Origin: Phycisphaerae bacterium
GTDB lineage: Bacteria > Planctomycetota > Phycisphaerae > UBA1845
DNA: 64,000 nt
Assembly (NCBI GenBank): GCA_963666835.2
Contig: CAXXGO010000001.1
Span: forward strand, 1,536,001 to 1,600,000
Direction: 5' to 3'
The first letter of the stretch is position 1. Each line of letters opens with the position of its first letter. Shown here piece by piece: positions 9,046-19,343 of the stretch. A program made the translations under genes and the position numbers. A model generated the notes under the pieces. The model saw only the letters and a list, made by a program, of their open reading frames with translations. It did not search any database and had not been told where the DNA came from.

Positions 9046-11145
9046 ATGACCGAAACAGTGACATCTACCGATCGACGCGCCCAACACGTGGCGTTGATGG
9101 GCTTCATCATGCAGTTGGCCGCGTTCGGGACCCTGCTGGGGCTATCTGTCTGGGCGTCATCCGACGCGATAGCTGCGGTGGCGAGGTTCATGGTGATCGG
9201 GGTGCCCGTCTGGCTGGTCCTGTTCCTGGTATTCAAACAGGCTCAGCGAGTTGAGGCGGAGCGGCTGGAGACGGCCGAGCTGAAGCGGGCTCAGCAGTCC
9301 GGCGAGACCGCTTCGATATTTGATGTGGATGACGAGGACCTCCTTCTGGAGCAGAACCGCTTGATGTGGATGGCTCGCTGGCTGTTGCCGGCGGTCACGG
9401 TGGTTCTCTCGGCCTACTTGCTGCTGGGGCACTACCTGTGGTGGGGGTGGCCTCTTGATGTGGAGCAGGTGTTCGACGAAGGAGTAGTCCGGCGCACGCA
9501 GCAGCCCACGCTGATGATGTGGTTCGTTATCGGCGTCGGTTTCTTGTGTTTTCTTTATGCACGATATGCGATCACCCTGGCCCGCATGCGAGAGTGGCAC
9601 CTTCTGCGGGCCGGGGCGACGTGCATGGCGGGTAACGCGTTGGCGTGCCTGGGATTGTCAATAGCGCTGATGGTCGGCGTCACGGCCTCGTGGGCGGAGC
9701 CTCTGGTGGCGTTGTTGATGCGAATCGGCCTGGTCGTATTCGGTCTGGAATTCGCGATCAACTTCATCATGGACTTCTATCGTCCGCGCGTGCCGGACCA
9801 GATTCGGCGACCCTCGTTTGATAGTCGCCTCCTGGGGCTGGTAAGTGAGCCGGATGGGATTGCCAAGTCGATCGCGGATGCGGTTAATTATCAGTTTGGA
9901 TTCGAGGTCAGCTCGACGTGGTTCTATCAGTTGCTCCAACGCTGGCTGTTCCCGGTCGTGGTCGCCACCGCCGTGACTGTTCTGCTGCTCACCAGCGTGG
10001 TGATCGTGGATGCCGACGAGCAGGCGGTGGTTGAGCGATTCGGCAAGGAACCGACGGAGGTTTGGGAGCCGGGTCTGCACTTCAAACTTCCGTACCCGAT
10101 CGACATCGTCTACCGAGTGCCTGCCCGGCGCGTTAATGAGTTGATGGTCGGGGAGGCCGTCGAGGAGGATGACGAAAGTCTGACCAAGCCGGTCGTGTGG
10201 ACGGAAGTCCACGATTACATTCCGGAGCTGATGCTCGTTGTGGCTTCACCTAAGGACGAGGACGCGTCGGACGACTCGGAACTCGAAGCCGAGGAGGGAG
10301 AGGCCGGAGAGAGCGTCGCGGTCAGTCTTTTGCTGGCGTCGGTGCCTATCGAATACCGGATCAAAGATGTGCGGGACTACTTCTACACCTACGACGATCC
10401 CGTGAAGGTGTTGGAAGCGATAGCCTATCAGTACATGTCCGACTTCGCGGCGAGCGTTACTACCGAGGAGCTGATGGGTCCCGGACGCGAGGCGTTTAAT
10501 CGGAGGCTCAAGGAGCATATCCAGCAGCGTCTGGATGACCTCGACATCGGCATTGAAGTGGCCTTCACCGGTTTCCAGGGCGTTCACCCTCCCGCCAAGG
10601 GCGGAGTAGCGTCGGCCTACCTCGGCGTGGTGGCGGCTGAGGTGGGGATGCGAAGCCTGATTAATGCGGCCGAGCGCGAGGAGCTCAAGATCCTGACCGC
10701 TGTTGCCGGGACCAAGGCTCGGGCGGACGAGCTGGATGCTGCCATTCGCGAAAAAGACGCCCTGCGATCGCAATCCAAGCCGGACCCGCAAGCTTTGGCG
10801 GCGGCCGAACAGCGGGTCGAAGACCTTCTGATGGGTAACGTAGCCAAGGGGATTCCTCCGTTGAGCGGTGAAGCGGCGGCTCAGGTTGCCGCGGCGCGGG
10901 CCGAGGCGAGCAAGCTGATCAGCGAGGCGTCCGCGAAGGTCCGGGTGTTCGCGACGGAGGTGGCCGCGTACGAAGCGTCGCCGATGTTGTACAAGCAGCG
11001 TAAGCAAATCAGCGTCTATAAAGACCTTGATGATGTTCGGAAGTACTTGGTTATCGGCGATCCGTCGAACGTGATCGTCATTTTCGACACGAGTGAAGAA
11101 GGCGGGATTGATCGAGTGCTCCGCAAGGCGGGTGAGGACCAGTAA
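9046..11145 (+). CDS. SPFH/HflK-family protein with multi-TM N-terminal domain
   Basis: About 7 TM segments, then SVVIVDADEQAVVERFGK...PGLHFKLPYPID SPFH domain and an Ala/Glu coiled coil. Confidence 0.85.
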   Translation: MTETVTSTDRRAQHVALMGFIMQLAAFGTLLGLSVWASSDAIAAVARFMVIGVPVWLVLFLVFKQAQRVEAERLETAELKRAQQSGETASIFDVDDEDLLLEQNRLMWMARWLLPAVTVVLSAYLLLGHYLWWGWPLDVEQVFDEGVVRRTQQPTLMMWFVIGVGFLCFLYARYAITLARMREWHLLRAGATCMAGNALACLGLSIALMVGVTASWAEPLVALLMRIGLVVFGLEFAINFIMDFYRPRVPDQIRRPSFDSRLLGLVSEPDGIAKSIADAVNYQFGFEVSSTWFYQLLQRWLFPVVVATAVTVLLLTSVVIVDADEQAVVERFGKEPTEVWEPGLHFKLPYPIDIVYRVPARRVNELMVGEAVEEDDESLTKPVVWTEVHDYIPELMLVVASPKDEDASDDSELEAEEGEAGESVAVSLLLASVPIEYRIKDVRDYFYTYDDPVKVLEAIAYQYMSDFAASVTTEELMGPGREAFNRRLKEHIQQRLDDLDIGIEVAFTGFQGVHPPAKGGVASAYLGVVAAEVGMRSLINAAEREELKILTAVAGTKARADELDAAIREKDALRSQSKPDPQALAAAEQRVEDLLMGNVAKGIPPLSGEAAAQVAAARAEASKLISEASAKVRVFATEVAAYEASPMLYKQRKQISVYKDLDDVRKYLVIGDPSNVIVIFDTSEEGGIDRVLRKAGEDQ

Positions 11146-11189
11146 CACGCGGGATACAGGGGCCGCGCTACCAAAGGAGTCGTTAGGCA

Positions 11190-12107
11190 ATGAAGAATTT
11201 GGGCACCATTCTGGCTGCCGTGTTTCTCGCCGTCGTGCTGCTGCTGTACATGTGCACGTTCCAGGTGCGATTCACCGAGGTGGCGATCAAGAAGACCTGG
11301 GGCAAACCAGCGGAGCAGGCTATCGTTGATCCGGGTCTCAAGTTCAAGTGGCCGTTCCCGATCCAAAGCGTGGTGCTCTATGACAAGCGTATCCGGATCA
11401 TGGAGGATCGGACGGAGGAGACGCGTACGATTGACGCGAAGAACCTCTTTCTGACCACGTTCACCCTTTGGCGGATCGTGGATCCGGCGAAATTCCACAC
11501 GAACTTCCCGGCCGGGGTTGAGGAGGGTGAGAAGAAGCTCCGCACCACGATAATCACGCACAAACTGGCGGTTACCGGAAGGCACACGTTTGACGAGTTT
11601 GTGTCGACCGATCGTGCCGATCGCAAGATCGGCCAGATCGAACAGGAGATGTGGGACGCGATCAGTCGTGATGCCATCGAAGAGTATGGGGTCGAGATTA
11701 TCGGTTTTGGGATCAAGAAACTCGGGCTGCCCGAATCGGTGACGATGGCCATCTTCGAGAGTATGAAGTCGAACGAGGAGAAGAAGGCGGCGCGGTACTC
11801 GGCGGAAGGTGAGGCCCGGGCGGCGGAGACTCTGGCGAGGGCTCGCGCGGCCGAAGAACGCATCATGGCGACGGCGCGGCAGAAGGTTGCCGAGATCCAG
11901 GCGCGTGCCGAACGGGTGGTCAGCGAGTACTACAAGGAGTTTGACCGCTATCCCGAGTTGCGTATTTTCCTCGACGAGTTGCGTGCGGTAGCTGAGGCCC
12001 TGCGTGAGCGAACGACGTTAGTCATCGACACTAAACAGGCGCCGTGGAACGTCTTCGATGATGCGGCACGCGAAGAGAAAGCTCACCAGCGAGTGGAGCA
12101 GGACTAG
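11190..12107 (+). CDS. hflC: HflC-like SPFH protein
   Basis: N-terminal TM, PGLKFKWPFPIQSVVLYDKRI, WRIVDP, IFESMKSNEEKKAARYSAEGE. Confidence 0.85.
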   Translation: MKNLGTILAAVFLAVVLLLYMCTFQVRFTEVAIKKTWGKPAEQAIVDPGLKFKWPFPIQSVVLYDKRIRIMEDRTEETRTIDAKNLFLTTFTLWRIVDPAKFHTNFPAGVEEGEKKLRTTIITHKLAVTGRHTFDEFVSTDRADRKIGQIEQEMWDAISRDAIEEYGVEIIGFGIKKLGLPESVTMAIFESMKSNEEKKAARYSAEGEARAAETLARARAAEERIMATARQKVAEIQARAERVVSEYYKEFDRYPELRIFLDELRAVAEALRERTTLVIDTKQAPWNVFDDAAREEKAHQRVEQD

Positions 12108-12178
12108 GGAATTGCTGCAATTGCGAGGGCGGCGCCGCAGGCGACTGCGGGGTACTTAAGTAGATGGATTAGAACACC

Positions 12179-13477
12179 ATGCATATGCACGCGCACCACG
12201 ATCACCACTCTCATCGGGATCTCGATACCAAGGAGGAACCGCTGGATGCGGCTAATCAGTCCTTAGCGGACGCACTGCGGTCCAGCTTCGGGATCCTCAA
12301 GGTGATTATGATGGTTCTGGTGGTCCTGTACCTGGCCTCCAACGTGCGGTGTGTCGACACGCACGAGCAGGCTCTGCATTTACGGTTGGGGGCTCTGCTG
12401 CCCGGGGTTTATCAGCCGGGGCTGGTGTGGGCGTTCCCCTTCCCGATTGATGAGATTGTTCCTTTGCCGGCTAAGTCCAGCAACGAACTGCTGAACGACA
12501 GTCATACGTTTTACCACGGCCGGAGTGACGTGGGGAAGTCGCTAGCCGTGCTCAGCGGTGAGGCGTCCGGAGGAATCGACCCGGTTGGTCCGGGCGGCGC
12601 TCTCCTTACGGCGGATGCCGGACTCGTTCACGCCCGTTGGAAGGTCACCTACAAGATCGACGAGGTCGGTCGGTTTGTCACGAACTTCCTCGGCAACAAG
12701 GTAGAGGCCGCCGACGGATTGCTCGCGGTTGTCGTCGAGAACGCCGGGATTCACGTGGCCAGTGAGATGACCGCCGAAGAGATGATTCGGACCAGGGTGC
12801 ATGACGTACAGGATGAGATGAAGCGCCGTGTTAACGAGTGGCTTCGGAAGTTGGACAGCGGAGTCGTGGTAACCACGATCGAGATGTATGAACCGACGCC
12901 TCCCCTGCAGATCCGGGGAGTCTTCGACGCAACGCAGCGGGCGGAGAACATGAAAAAAAGAGCGATCGACCGCGCTCAACAGGAAAAGACCCAGATTCTG
13001 AGCCGGACTGCCGGCGGTGGGTACCAGGAGTTTGCGGAGCTGCTTGACAAGATTGAGGTTGAGGAGGCGGCCGGCCGGCCGATCAAGGCGCTTGAAGCCG
13101 AACTCGAGCAGTTGCTTGTGGACAAGGCGGAAGGAGAAGCCGGGCGGCTGATTCGAGAGGCCAGCGCCTATCACTCCGTGGTAGTCGGGCAAATGCAGAG
13201 CGACGTCGAACTCTATCGCACGCTGCTGCCGGAGTACGAGCGTAATCCAAAACTGCTGATCGCGCGGCTGTGGGAGCAAACCCGCCGGGCGATCTACGAT
13301 AACCCGGGGGTGACCAAGATATACCGTCCTTGCGAATCCGAGTTCCGACTCAAGATCCCGTTGGATCCGGAGCAGGAGCGGGTAGAAGAAGAGCGCCGAC
13401 TCCAACAGCAGGAGTATGATGTAAGCAAACTCAAAACGCCCAAACAAGTGCCTCTTGGTCCGGGCTACGACGGCTAG
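12179..13477 (+). CDS. Second HflK-like SPFH protein with His-rich N-terminus
   Basis: DAANQSLADALRSSF, PGLVWAFPFPIDEIV, LLTADAGLVH, LLPEYERNP. Confidence 0.8.
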   Translation: MHMHAHHDHHSHRDLDTKEEPLDAANQSLADALRSSFGILKVIMMVLVVLYLASNVRCVDTHEQALHLRLGALLPGVYQPGLVWAFPFPIDEIVPLPAKSSNELLNDSHTFYHGRSDVGKSLAVLSGEASGGIDPVGPGGALLTADAGLVHARWKVTYKIDEVGRFVTNFLGNKVEAADGLLAVVVENAGIHVASEMTAEEMIRTRVHDVQDEMKRRVNEWLRKLDSGVVVTTIEMYEPTPPLQIRGVFDATQRAENMKKRAIDRAQQEKTQILSRTAGGGYQEFAELLDKIEVEEAAGRPIKALEAELEQLLVDKAEGEAGRLIREASAYHSVVVGQMQSDVELYRTLLPEYERNPKLLIARLWEQTRRAIYDNPGVTKIYRPCESEFRLKIPLDPEQERVEEERRLQQQEYDVSKLKTPKQVPLGPGYDG

Positions 13478-13539
13478 CCGGCAACGGCCCCGGGCGTCAG
13501 GTGACGGGCGGAGGCGGTTGCCTAACGTGAGTTTTCTCG

Positions 13540-14766
13540 ATGGTTAAACAGTCACTCCCTGTGGTGCAGACCGCGGGGCTCTGCAAGACATTCAAGGACT
13601 TCTGGCGGCGACCTCGGGTCGAGGCGGTCAAGGACCTGAACCTGGCTATCAAGCCAGGAGAAGTGTTCGGATTGCTGGGGCCCAACGGCTCGGGCAAGAC
13701 GACCACGATCAAGATGCTGCTCGGTCTGCTGTACCCGTCGCGCGGGCGGATCTCGCTGTTCGGCAAAGCGCCGACGGATGTCGTGGTCAAAGCGCGGATC
13801 GGGTTCTTGCCGGAAGAGTCCTACCTCTATCGGTTCCTGGTGGCCCACGAGACGCTTGACTACTTCGGACGTCTTTTCCGATTGCCCAAAGCTCTCCGGA
13901 ATGAGCGGGCTGATCGGCTTCTCGATATGGTGGGATTGAAGCACGAGGCCAAACGTCCCCTGGGCGAGTATAGCAAGGGGATGGCCCGGCGGATCGGGTT
14001 GGCCCAGGCGCTGATCAACGATCCGGAGTTTCTGATTCTCGATGAGCCGACGACGGGGCTGGATCCAATCGGAGCGCGGCAGATCAAGGATCTGATTCGC
14101 GAACTTGGGGATAAGGGTAAGACGATCCTGCTTTCAAGCCACGTGCTGGCGGATGTCGAGGACGTCTGTGATCGCGTGACCATTCTTTACGGCGGACAGC
14201 AACGTGCGGCCGGCGACATCGGGGAACTGCTGAGCAAACGCGACGTCACCCAGATTACGACTCCCGCCCTGTCCGAAGAGACGGTTGAGCAGGTCCGCGG
14301 ACTCATCCAGAAGTTGGAGAAGAAGGACATCCTCGACGTGACCCATCCGCACCAGCGTTTGGAGGAGTTCTTCCTGCGAATCGTCGAGGAGGCCCAGGCG
14401 GCCAATATCGTCACCTCCGGAGCCCGGGCGGGGGGGGCCTTGCCCGAGTTTCTCAAGGTGCCCACCGCAGAAACGACGGCGGACGTGGTCGAGACCCTGG
14501 TCGAGGCGGCGGACCGGCCGAGTGTGGCAGTGCCGGTGACCCCGGCCGCGTTGCCGGAGCCGGCGGTGGAACCGTCGCGTGAAGTGCTGGACGATCTGCT
14601 ATCTACCCCGTCCTTGCGGTCGGATGATACCGCAGAGGAGCCTGCGGCACCCAAGGCCGCTACGGAACCGCCGCGGGCCTCGCGGGCGAGACCGGCAGCC
14701 GACAGCGGAGTGATCGACTCTCTGATCCAGCGGGCCGAGGACGGCGAGAACGAGGGTTCGAAGTAA
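13540..14766 (+). CDS. ABC transporter ATP-binding protein with Pro/Ala-rich C-terminal tail
   Basis: GPNGSGKTT, YSKGM signature, ILDEPTTGLD, SSH. Confidence 0.95.
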   Translation: MVKQSLPVVQTAGLCKTFKDFWRRPRVEAVKDLNLAIKPGEVFGLLGPNGSGKTTTIKMLLGLLYPSRGRISLFGKAPTDVVVKARIGFLPEESYLYRFLVAHETLDYFGRLFRLPKALRNERADRLLDMVGLKHEAKRPLGEYSKGMARRIGLAQALINDPEFLILDEPTTGLDPIGARQIKDLIRELGDKGKTILLSSHVLADVEDVCDRVTILYGGQQRAAGDIGELLSKRDVTQITTPALSEETVEQVRGLIQKLEKKDILDVTHPHQRLEEFFLRIVEEAQAANIVTSGARAGGALPEFLKVPTAETTADVVETLVEAADRPSVAVPVTPAALPEPAVEPSREVLDDLLSTPSLRSDDTAEEPAAPKAATEPPRASRARPAADSGVIDSLIQRAEDGENEGSK

Positions 14767-16181
14767 TGCCAATCTGGGCCGTTGCCAGACAGATGATCGC
14801 CGAAGGCATCAGGATGAAGATTGCCTTGGTTTTTCTGGCGTTGATTGGCGCCGTGATTGTGGGACTGCCCTTCTCGGTTGAGGGAGACAGCACGCTCTCC
14901 GGTGCGGTCCAGAGTTTCATGGCCTACGGCTTCTCTGCGACGGCGGTCCTTTTGAGCATGTTGACGATCTTCATGTCGCGGTCGCTCTCGGACGAGTTGG
15001 TCAACCGTCAGATCTTCCTGGTTATGACGAAGCCGGTATCCCGCTGGCAGTTCGTGGTGGGCAAATGGCTGGGGATCACCTGCCTGAACGCGGTGTTTCT
15101 GGTGTCTGCGGGTCTGACCATCTACGGGATGATCCATTACATCAGAATCAGCCACGGATCAGGCGCAGGCGAGGCTGAGCGGAGTTCGGAAAGGAAGGCG
15201 TTGGCAGAAGAGGTATTGGTGGCGCGGCATGCCCTGCGCGTCGTGCTCCCGGATTTTTCGAAGACGGCGGAGAGGGAATTCGATCGCAATGTTGAGGAGG
15301 GAGCTTACGCGGGAATCCCTGATTTCAATGTCGAGGCGGAGAAGGCTAGGCTTAGGAAGAAGCACGAAGCTCGTTGGCGGGTTGTTCCCCCGTTGAGCAG
15401 TAGGGTCTTTCGGTTCGAGAACGTGCTTTGCGAGCGCTCCCGGGAGGTGTTCATTCATTTGCGGTACAAAGCCGACGTGGTGAACTACGCTCCGGACGAA
15501 GTACTTCGAGCCGCGTGGGTCTTTGGGGACCCCGCCAATGAGACCCCGGAGTACATCGTTCCGATCCGGCACCGAGTCGATCGGTTCCACTCGATTCGCT
15601 TTCCATCAGACGCTGTTGCGGCGGATCACACTCTTCGGGTCGAGTTCGTCAACCGGAATCCGTTCCAGGGCGAGCGCCAGTTCGGCAATGTTATGGACTT
15701 TCGCAAGTCGAACGAGGTGGAAGTTCTGTTCGATGTCGGGTCCTTCGAGGGAAACGCGGTCCGGCTTATGGTCCTGATGATGTGCAAGCTGATGTTCCTG
15801 GCCGCCGTGGCGGTGCTTATGACGACGGTGTTTTCGTTTCCGGTGGCCTCCCTGGGGTCCTTCACCGTGTATGTTATCGCGGGGGCGCGGTCCTTTCTGA
15901 TGGAAGCCGTGGACTTCATGGGGGTCGGTTCGGATTCGATGTTCTCGTCTTTCAGTGCTTTCGCCGGCCAGTTGATCGCACATGTCATCACGATGGCTCA
16001 GTGGGTGGTGCCGGACTTCGGATACTACGACGGGGTGGAGACTCTGGTCAACGGCCGCAACGTGGGGCTGGTGTGGGTGTTGCAGGGGGTCGGCGAGCTG
16101 GTACTTCTGAAGACGGTTATCGTGCTGGGGTTGGCCGTGCTCCTGTTCCACCGGCGGGAAGTGGCGGAAGTTTCGGTGTAG
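14766..16181 (+). CDS. ABC-2 type permease with large extracytoplasmic loop
   Basis: TM helices and TKPVSRWQFVVGKWLG; start overlaps the ATPase stop (TAATG). Confidence 0.85.
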   Translation: MPIWAVARQMIAEGIRMKIALVFLALIGAVIVGLPFSVEGDSTLSGAVQSFMAYGFSATAVLLSMLTIFMSRSLSDELVNRQIFLVMTKPVSRWQFVVGKWLGITCLNAVFLVSAGLTIYGMIHYIRISHGSGAGEAERSSERKALAEEVLVARHALRVVLPDFSKTAEREFDRNVEEGAYAGIPDFNVEAEKARLRKKHEARWRVVPPLSSRVFRFENVLCERSREVFIHLRYKADVVNYAPDEVLRAAWVFGDPANETPEYIVPIRHRVDRFHSIRFPSDAVAADHTLRVEFVNRNPFQGERQFGNVMDFRKSNEVEVLFDVGSFEGNAVRLMVLMMCKLMFLAAVAVLMTTVFSFPVASLGSFTVYVIAGARSFLMEAVDFMGVGSDSMFSSFSAFAGQLIAHVITMAQWVVPDFGYYDGVETLVNGRNVGLVWVLQGVGELVLLKTVIVLGLAVLLFHRREVAEVSV

Positions 16182-16214
16182 ACGAGTCGAAGGCGTTCTT
16201 GAGGGTTTGAGCTG

Positions 16215-18197
16215 ATGTCGGAAACCAGGCCAGGCGTTCTTCCCGATCATCTGCGCGCCCGGCAGACCGCCGAGCGCCGCGAGTTCGGGGTGCAGGTTGT
16301 TGCCATACTTATGGCAGTAGTCTGCTTCTCCGCCGCGGCGTTGTTCACCGACGACATGAACGAGATTCGCAAGGAACGCCAGTTGGTGATCGACCCGGAG
16401 TCAACGAAAGGGCTTCCGTCGGATATCGCTTTGCTGGGGAAGCTCGGTACTTTTCGCGCTTTGGCGATTGACTGGGCTTCGATCCGAGCGGGGCGGCTTC
16501 GAGAGGAGGGCAAGACCTACGAGGCGTTGCAGCTTCATGAGACGATTTGCGTTTTGGCCCCGCGGTTCCCGAAGGTATGGGCCGACGCCGCGTGGAACAT
16601 GGCATACAACATCTCGGTCGAGCAATACTCCCCCGAGGGACGCTGGACCTGGGTGAAAAACGGCATCGAGCTTCTCCGCGACAGGGGTATCCAGTTCAAC
16701 ACGCGGGCACTGCTGCTGTACAAGGAGCTGGCTTACATCTACTGGCACAAAATCGGCGACATCATGGACGACGAGCATCTTAACTATCGTCGGGCCTTGG
16801 CAGTCGATATGGAACGCACCTTGGGCGCCCCCCCGGTCACCGTTGACGACGCGGGGTATATTGATTGGTTCCGCGAGATCGTCGAGGCGCCTCGGAACCT
16901 GCAGGGGTTCATCGAGGGTGACGTAGAAGTAAGGCATTTGGTCTCGGCACTCGAGGCGGTCGATCTTGCCCCGGACAGTTCGCTGCTGGAGTTCGTGGCG
17001 CGGCACGATCGGCCGGAGCTGCGCGAATCCGATCTCATCGAGAATCGTGCCGCATTGGACGCCGACCGGGCGGCCGGGTTGGCGGTCGTTTTCGACGAAG
17101 ACTCCGCCGAAGCACTTAAGCGGCTGCTCGCCGCGGTCAGGTCGAAGGTCCTGCGCGAGAAGCACAAGTTCGATCTGGATATGATGCTCCGCCTGATGGT
17201 CGAGGAGTATGGTCCACTCGACTGGCGCAACAACTTCGCCCATGCGTTGTACTGGGCGAGCCGCGGAGACGAGATGGCGAAGGACTATCACGGGCTCGAC
17301 CGCGCGGACCAGCTCAATACGGCGCGTCTGGTGTTCTTCTCGCTGCAGAGTCTGATCGACCGCGGACGGATGGTCCTCTATCCGGATTTCGATGACCCGT
17401 TCATGTCGTATTTGGATCTTAGCCCGGACACCCGTTATATCCCGTATCTTCACGACGCGTACATGCGGCTGGGGAAGAGGCTGCACGAGGATCACGAAGA
17501 CTACGTGGAGGGTACGCCCGGTCCGAAGTTCATGAACGGGTTTGTCACGGCCATGCAGAACTGGATATTCCTGCTCTACTTCGAAGGCGGAGAGCGGAAC
17601 CTGAAGCTGGCCGAGAACTACTACGCCTGGCTGCGCGAGTACAATCCGCACCCCGACGGTACGACGCAATCGCGATACATGAAGACTCTGGACGAGTTCG
17701 TCATGGGCGATGTTCTGAGCCAGCTTCAAACGTACCGGGCGGCGGGGGCGATCATCCGTAATCTGGTTACAAGAGGTCTGAAGCAGTACTCTTTGGGGCA
17801 AAAGCGAAGCGCTGCCACCTCGTTGGCGCGGGCCCAGTTGTGTCACGACTACTGGATGCAGGATTCGGACGCCGACATTAACGACCGGATGAAACTGGAA
17901 CCGCTGGACCGCATCGTTCGGAACCAGATCATCGACTTCATGAAGGAGCCTACGTTCGAGCCTCTGTTCAAGGCGCGCTTGTGGCGGGAGCTGCCGTTGG
18001 AGTACCGGCAGGTGACTTACGATTCTCTGCGCCAGTACTTCGGCGAGCTATGCGAGAGCCGCTCCCCGGTCTGGTCGGTTTCCGCGGCGTTTCCCGAGCC
18101 TGCGGGAATGAACGCGGCGCGCCGTCGGATGCAGAAGACAGGAGGCCCTTCGGAACCCGGAGCGGACGTCGAACAAGGCGAGAAGCACAAGGACTAA
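16215..18197 (+). CDS. Membrane-anchored helical protein of a planctomycete ABC-associated family (often labelled 'IRE-like')
   Basis: N-terminal TM, LGTFRALAIDW, WADAAWNMAYNIS, WTWVKNGIELLRD; operonic with the ABC genes. Family recalled from memory. Confidence 0.65.
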   Translation: MSETRPGVLPDHLRARQTAERREFGVQVVAILMAVVCFSAAALFTDDMNEIRKERQLVIDPESTKGLPSDIALLGKLGTFRALAIDWASIRAGRLREEGKTYEALQLHETICVLAPRFPKVWADAAWNMAYNISVEQYSPEGRWTWVKNGIELLRDRGIQFNTRALLLYKELAYIYWHKIGDIMDDEHLNYRRALAVDMERTLGAPPVTVDDAGYIDWFREIVEAPRNLQGFIEGDVEVRHLVSALEAVDLAPDSSLLEFVARHDRPELRESDLIENRAALDADRAAGLAVVFDEDSAEALKRLLAAVRSKVLREKHKFDLDMMLRLMVEEYGPLDWRNNFAHALYWASRGDEMAKDYHGLDRADQLNTARLVFFSLQSLIDRGRMVLYPDFDDPFMSYLDLSPDTRYIPYLHDAYMRLGKRLHEDHEDYVEGTPGPKFMNGFVTAMQNWIFLLYFEGGERNLKLAENYYAWLREYNPHPDGTTQSRYMKTLDEFVMGDVLSQLQTYRAAGAIIRNLVTRGLKQYSLGQKRSAATSLARAQLCHDYWMQDSDADINDRMKLEPLDRIVRNQIIDFMKEPTFEPLFKARLWRELPLEYRQVTYDSLRQYFGELCESRSPVWSVSAAFPEPAGMNAARRRMQKTGGPSEPGADVEQGEKHKD

Positions 18198-18224
18198 TGG
18201 TGCCGTTCGGATGTCAGGAGGTTG

Positions 18225-18734
18225 TTAACGTCTCCGGATCGCGGTACGCAGCAAGGCGGTCAGTCTCTCGCAGACGAATTCCCGAAAGACCTTACCGTCC
18301 AGATTGCGCAAGCGCAGCATAGGGCCGCTGACCAGTTCGCCGGCAATGTCGGGGGCATAACGGGTCTCGTGAAACGCGATGGCCTCCGTCGTTACCGTGC
18401 CCAGCAGTTGGGCGCGATACTCCCCGAAGCCGAATTCCATCTTGATTTCCCGTCCGCCGGACAGGAAGTTGGACACATCCAATTCGAGAGACACTCCCGA
18501 CGCTGCGTACTTCTCCTTTATCTCCATGAAGATACCGACGAGTTCATTGATGGTCAGTGTCCGAAGAGCTTGAATTCGGTCGGGCTCGTCGGGAGACGAA
18601 GCGGCCTGGGCCTTCTTCTCTCTTTCCTTAATGACGGTGAGCAGGGAGTCCAACTCGCTCTCCGAGGTGTGCTCCTTTGGCGGCGGAGGCCGGTTCTTCT
18701 CGATCAGCTTCTGATAGTCGCTCAAGGCGCACAC
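18225..18734 (-). CDS. Hypothetical protein
   Basis: 169-aa ORF with globular protein-like composition; start uncertain. Confidence 0.6.
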   Translation of the reverse strand: MCALSDYQKLIEKNRPPPPKEHTSESELDSLLTVIKEREKKAQAASSPDEPDRIQALRTLTINELVGIFMEIKEKYAASGVSLELDVSNFLSGGREIKMEFGFGEYRAQLLGTVTTEAIAFHETRYAPDIAGELVSGPMLRLRNLDGKVFREFVCERLTALLRTAIRRR

Positions 18735-19182
18735 AGAGAGTCCCCTGGGGTTGCCGTCATCGCGCTTTCTCCGCTACCGGGATTATCGGAGGTCGCGCGG
18801 CAGAGGTGGTCCGCGAAGGCGAAGGCGCACCGCTGTCTCTGTGTTGAATGTCGGACTGCGGGCGGAGTTGCTTGACCTCTCAACTTGGGGGGGCGGACTC
18901 GGTCCGGAAGGTGTTTCCCGGACCGACGTACGGGGACCGGGCTGGAGCCAGTCCCTCTTACTTCTTCAACGCATGACCGCATCTCCGGACTTGCGAGCCC
19001 CGTAAAGCTGAAAGGCGAGCCCGCTCTTTCACCTTGGTCATGGGAGGACCGACATAGAGAACGCGGCCTAAGATATACACGGAACGGGGAAGAGGCCTGC
19101 GTTTTCGGGGCGTCGCCCGGGTGCTGCCGGAGCGGGGGGCGGCGTTCGTCCGATAGCATCGTTAGCCGGAGCCGTTGAGAGA

Positions 19183-19210
19183 TTGACATGCCTCGCAGCG
19201 GTTCTAGGAT
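19183..19210 (+). promoter_or_regulatory. Sigma70-type promoter upstream of the FHA kinase
   Basis: TTGACA-N16-TAGGAT. Confidence 0.5.
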
Positions 19211-19343
19211 GGCCGGTCATACCACTCGGTTAAGCAGGAATTCGCGCTGCCCCGCGCGATTCCGGGCGGTCACGTATGGATACCGGCAGGTGAGTAGTTC
19301 CAGTCCTCCGGATGTGCGGTTGAGCGGCCAGGGAGCGTGAGCA

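Noticed and set aside
18740..19340. ncRNA or riboswitch in this intergenic region (also 3440-3900 and 57500-57960)
   Set aside because: GC-rich hairpins only, with no recognisable family motif by eye. No tRNA or rRNA was seen in the window.
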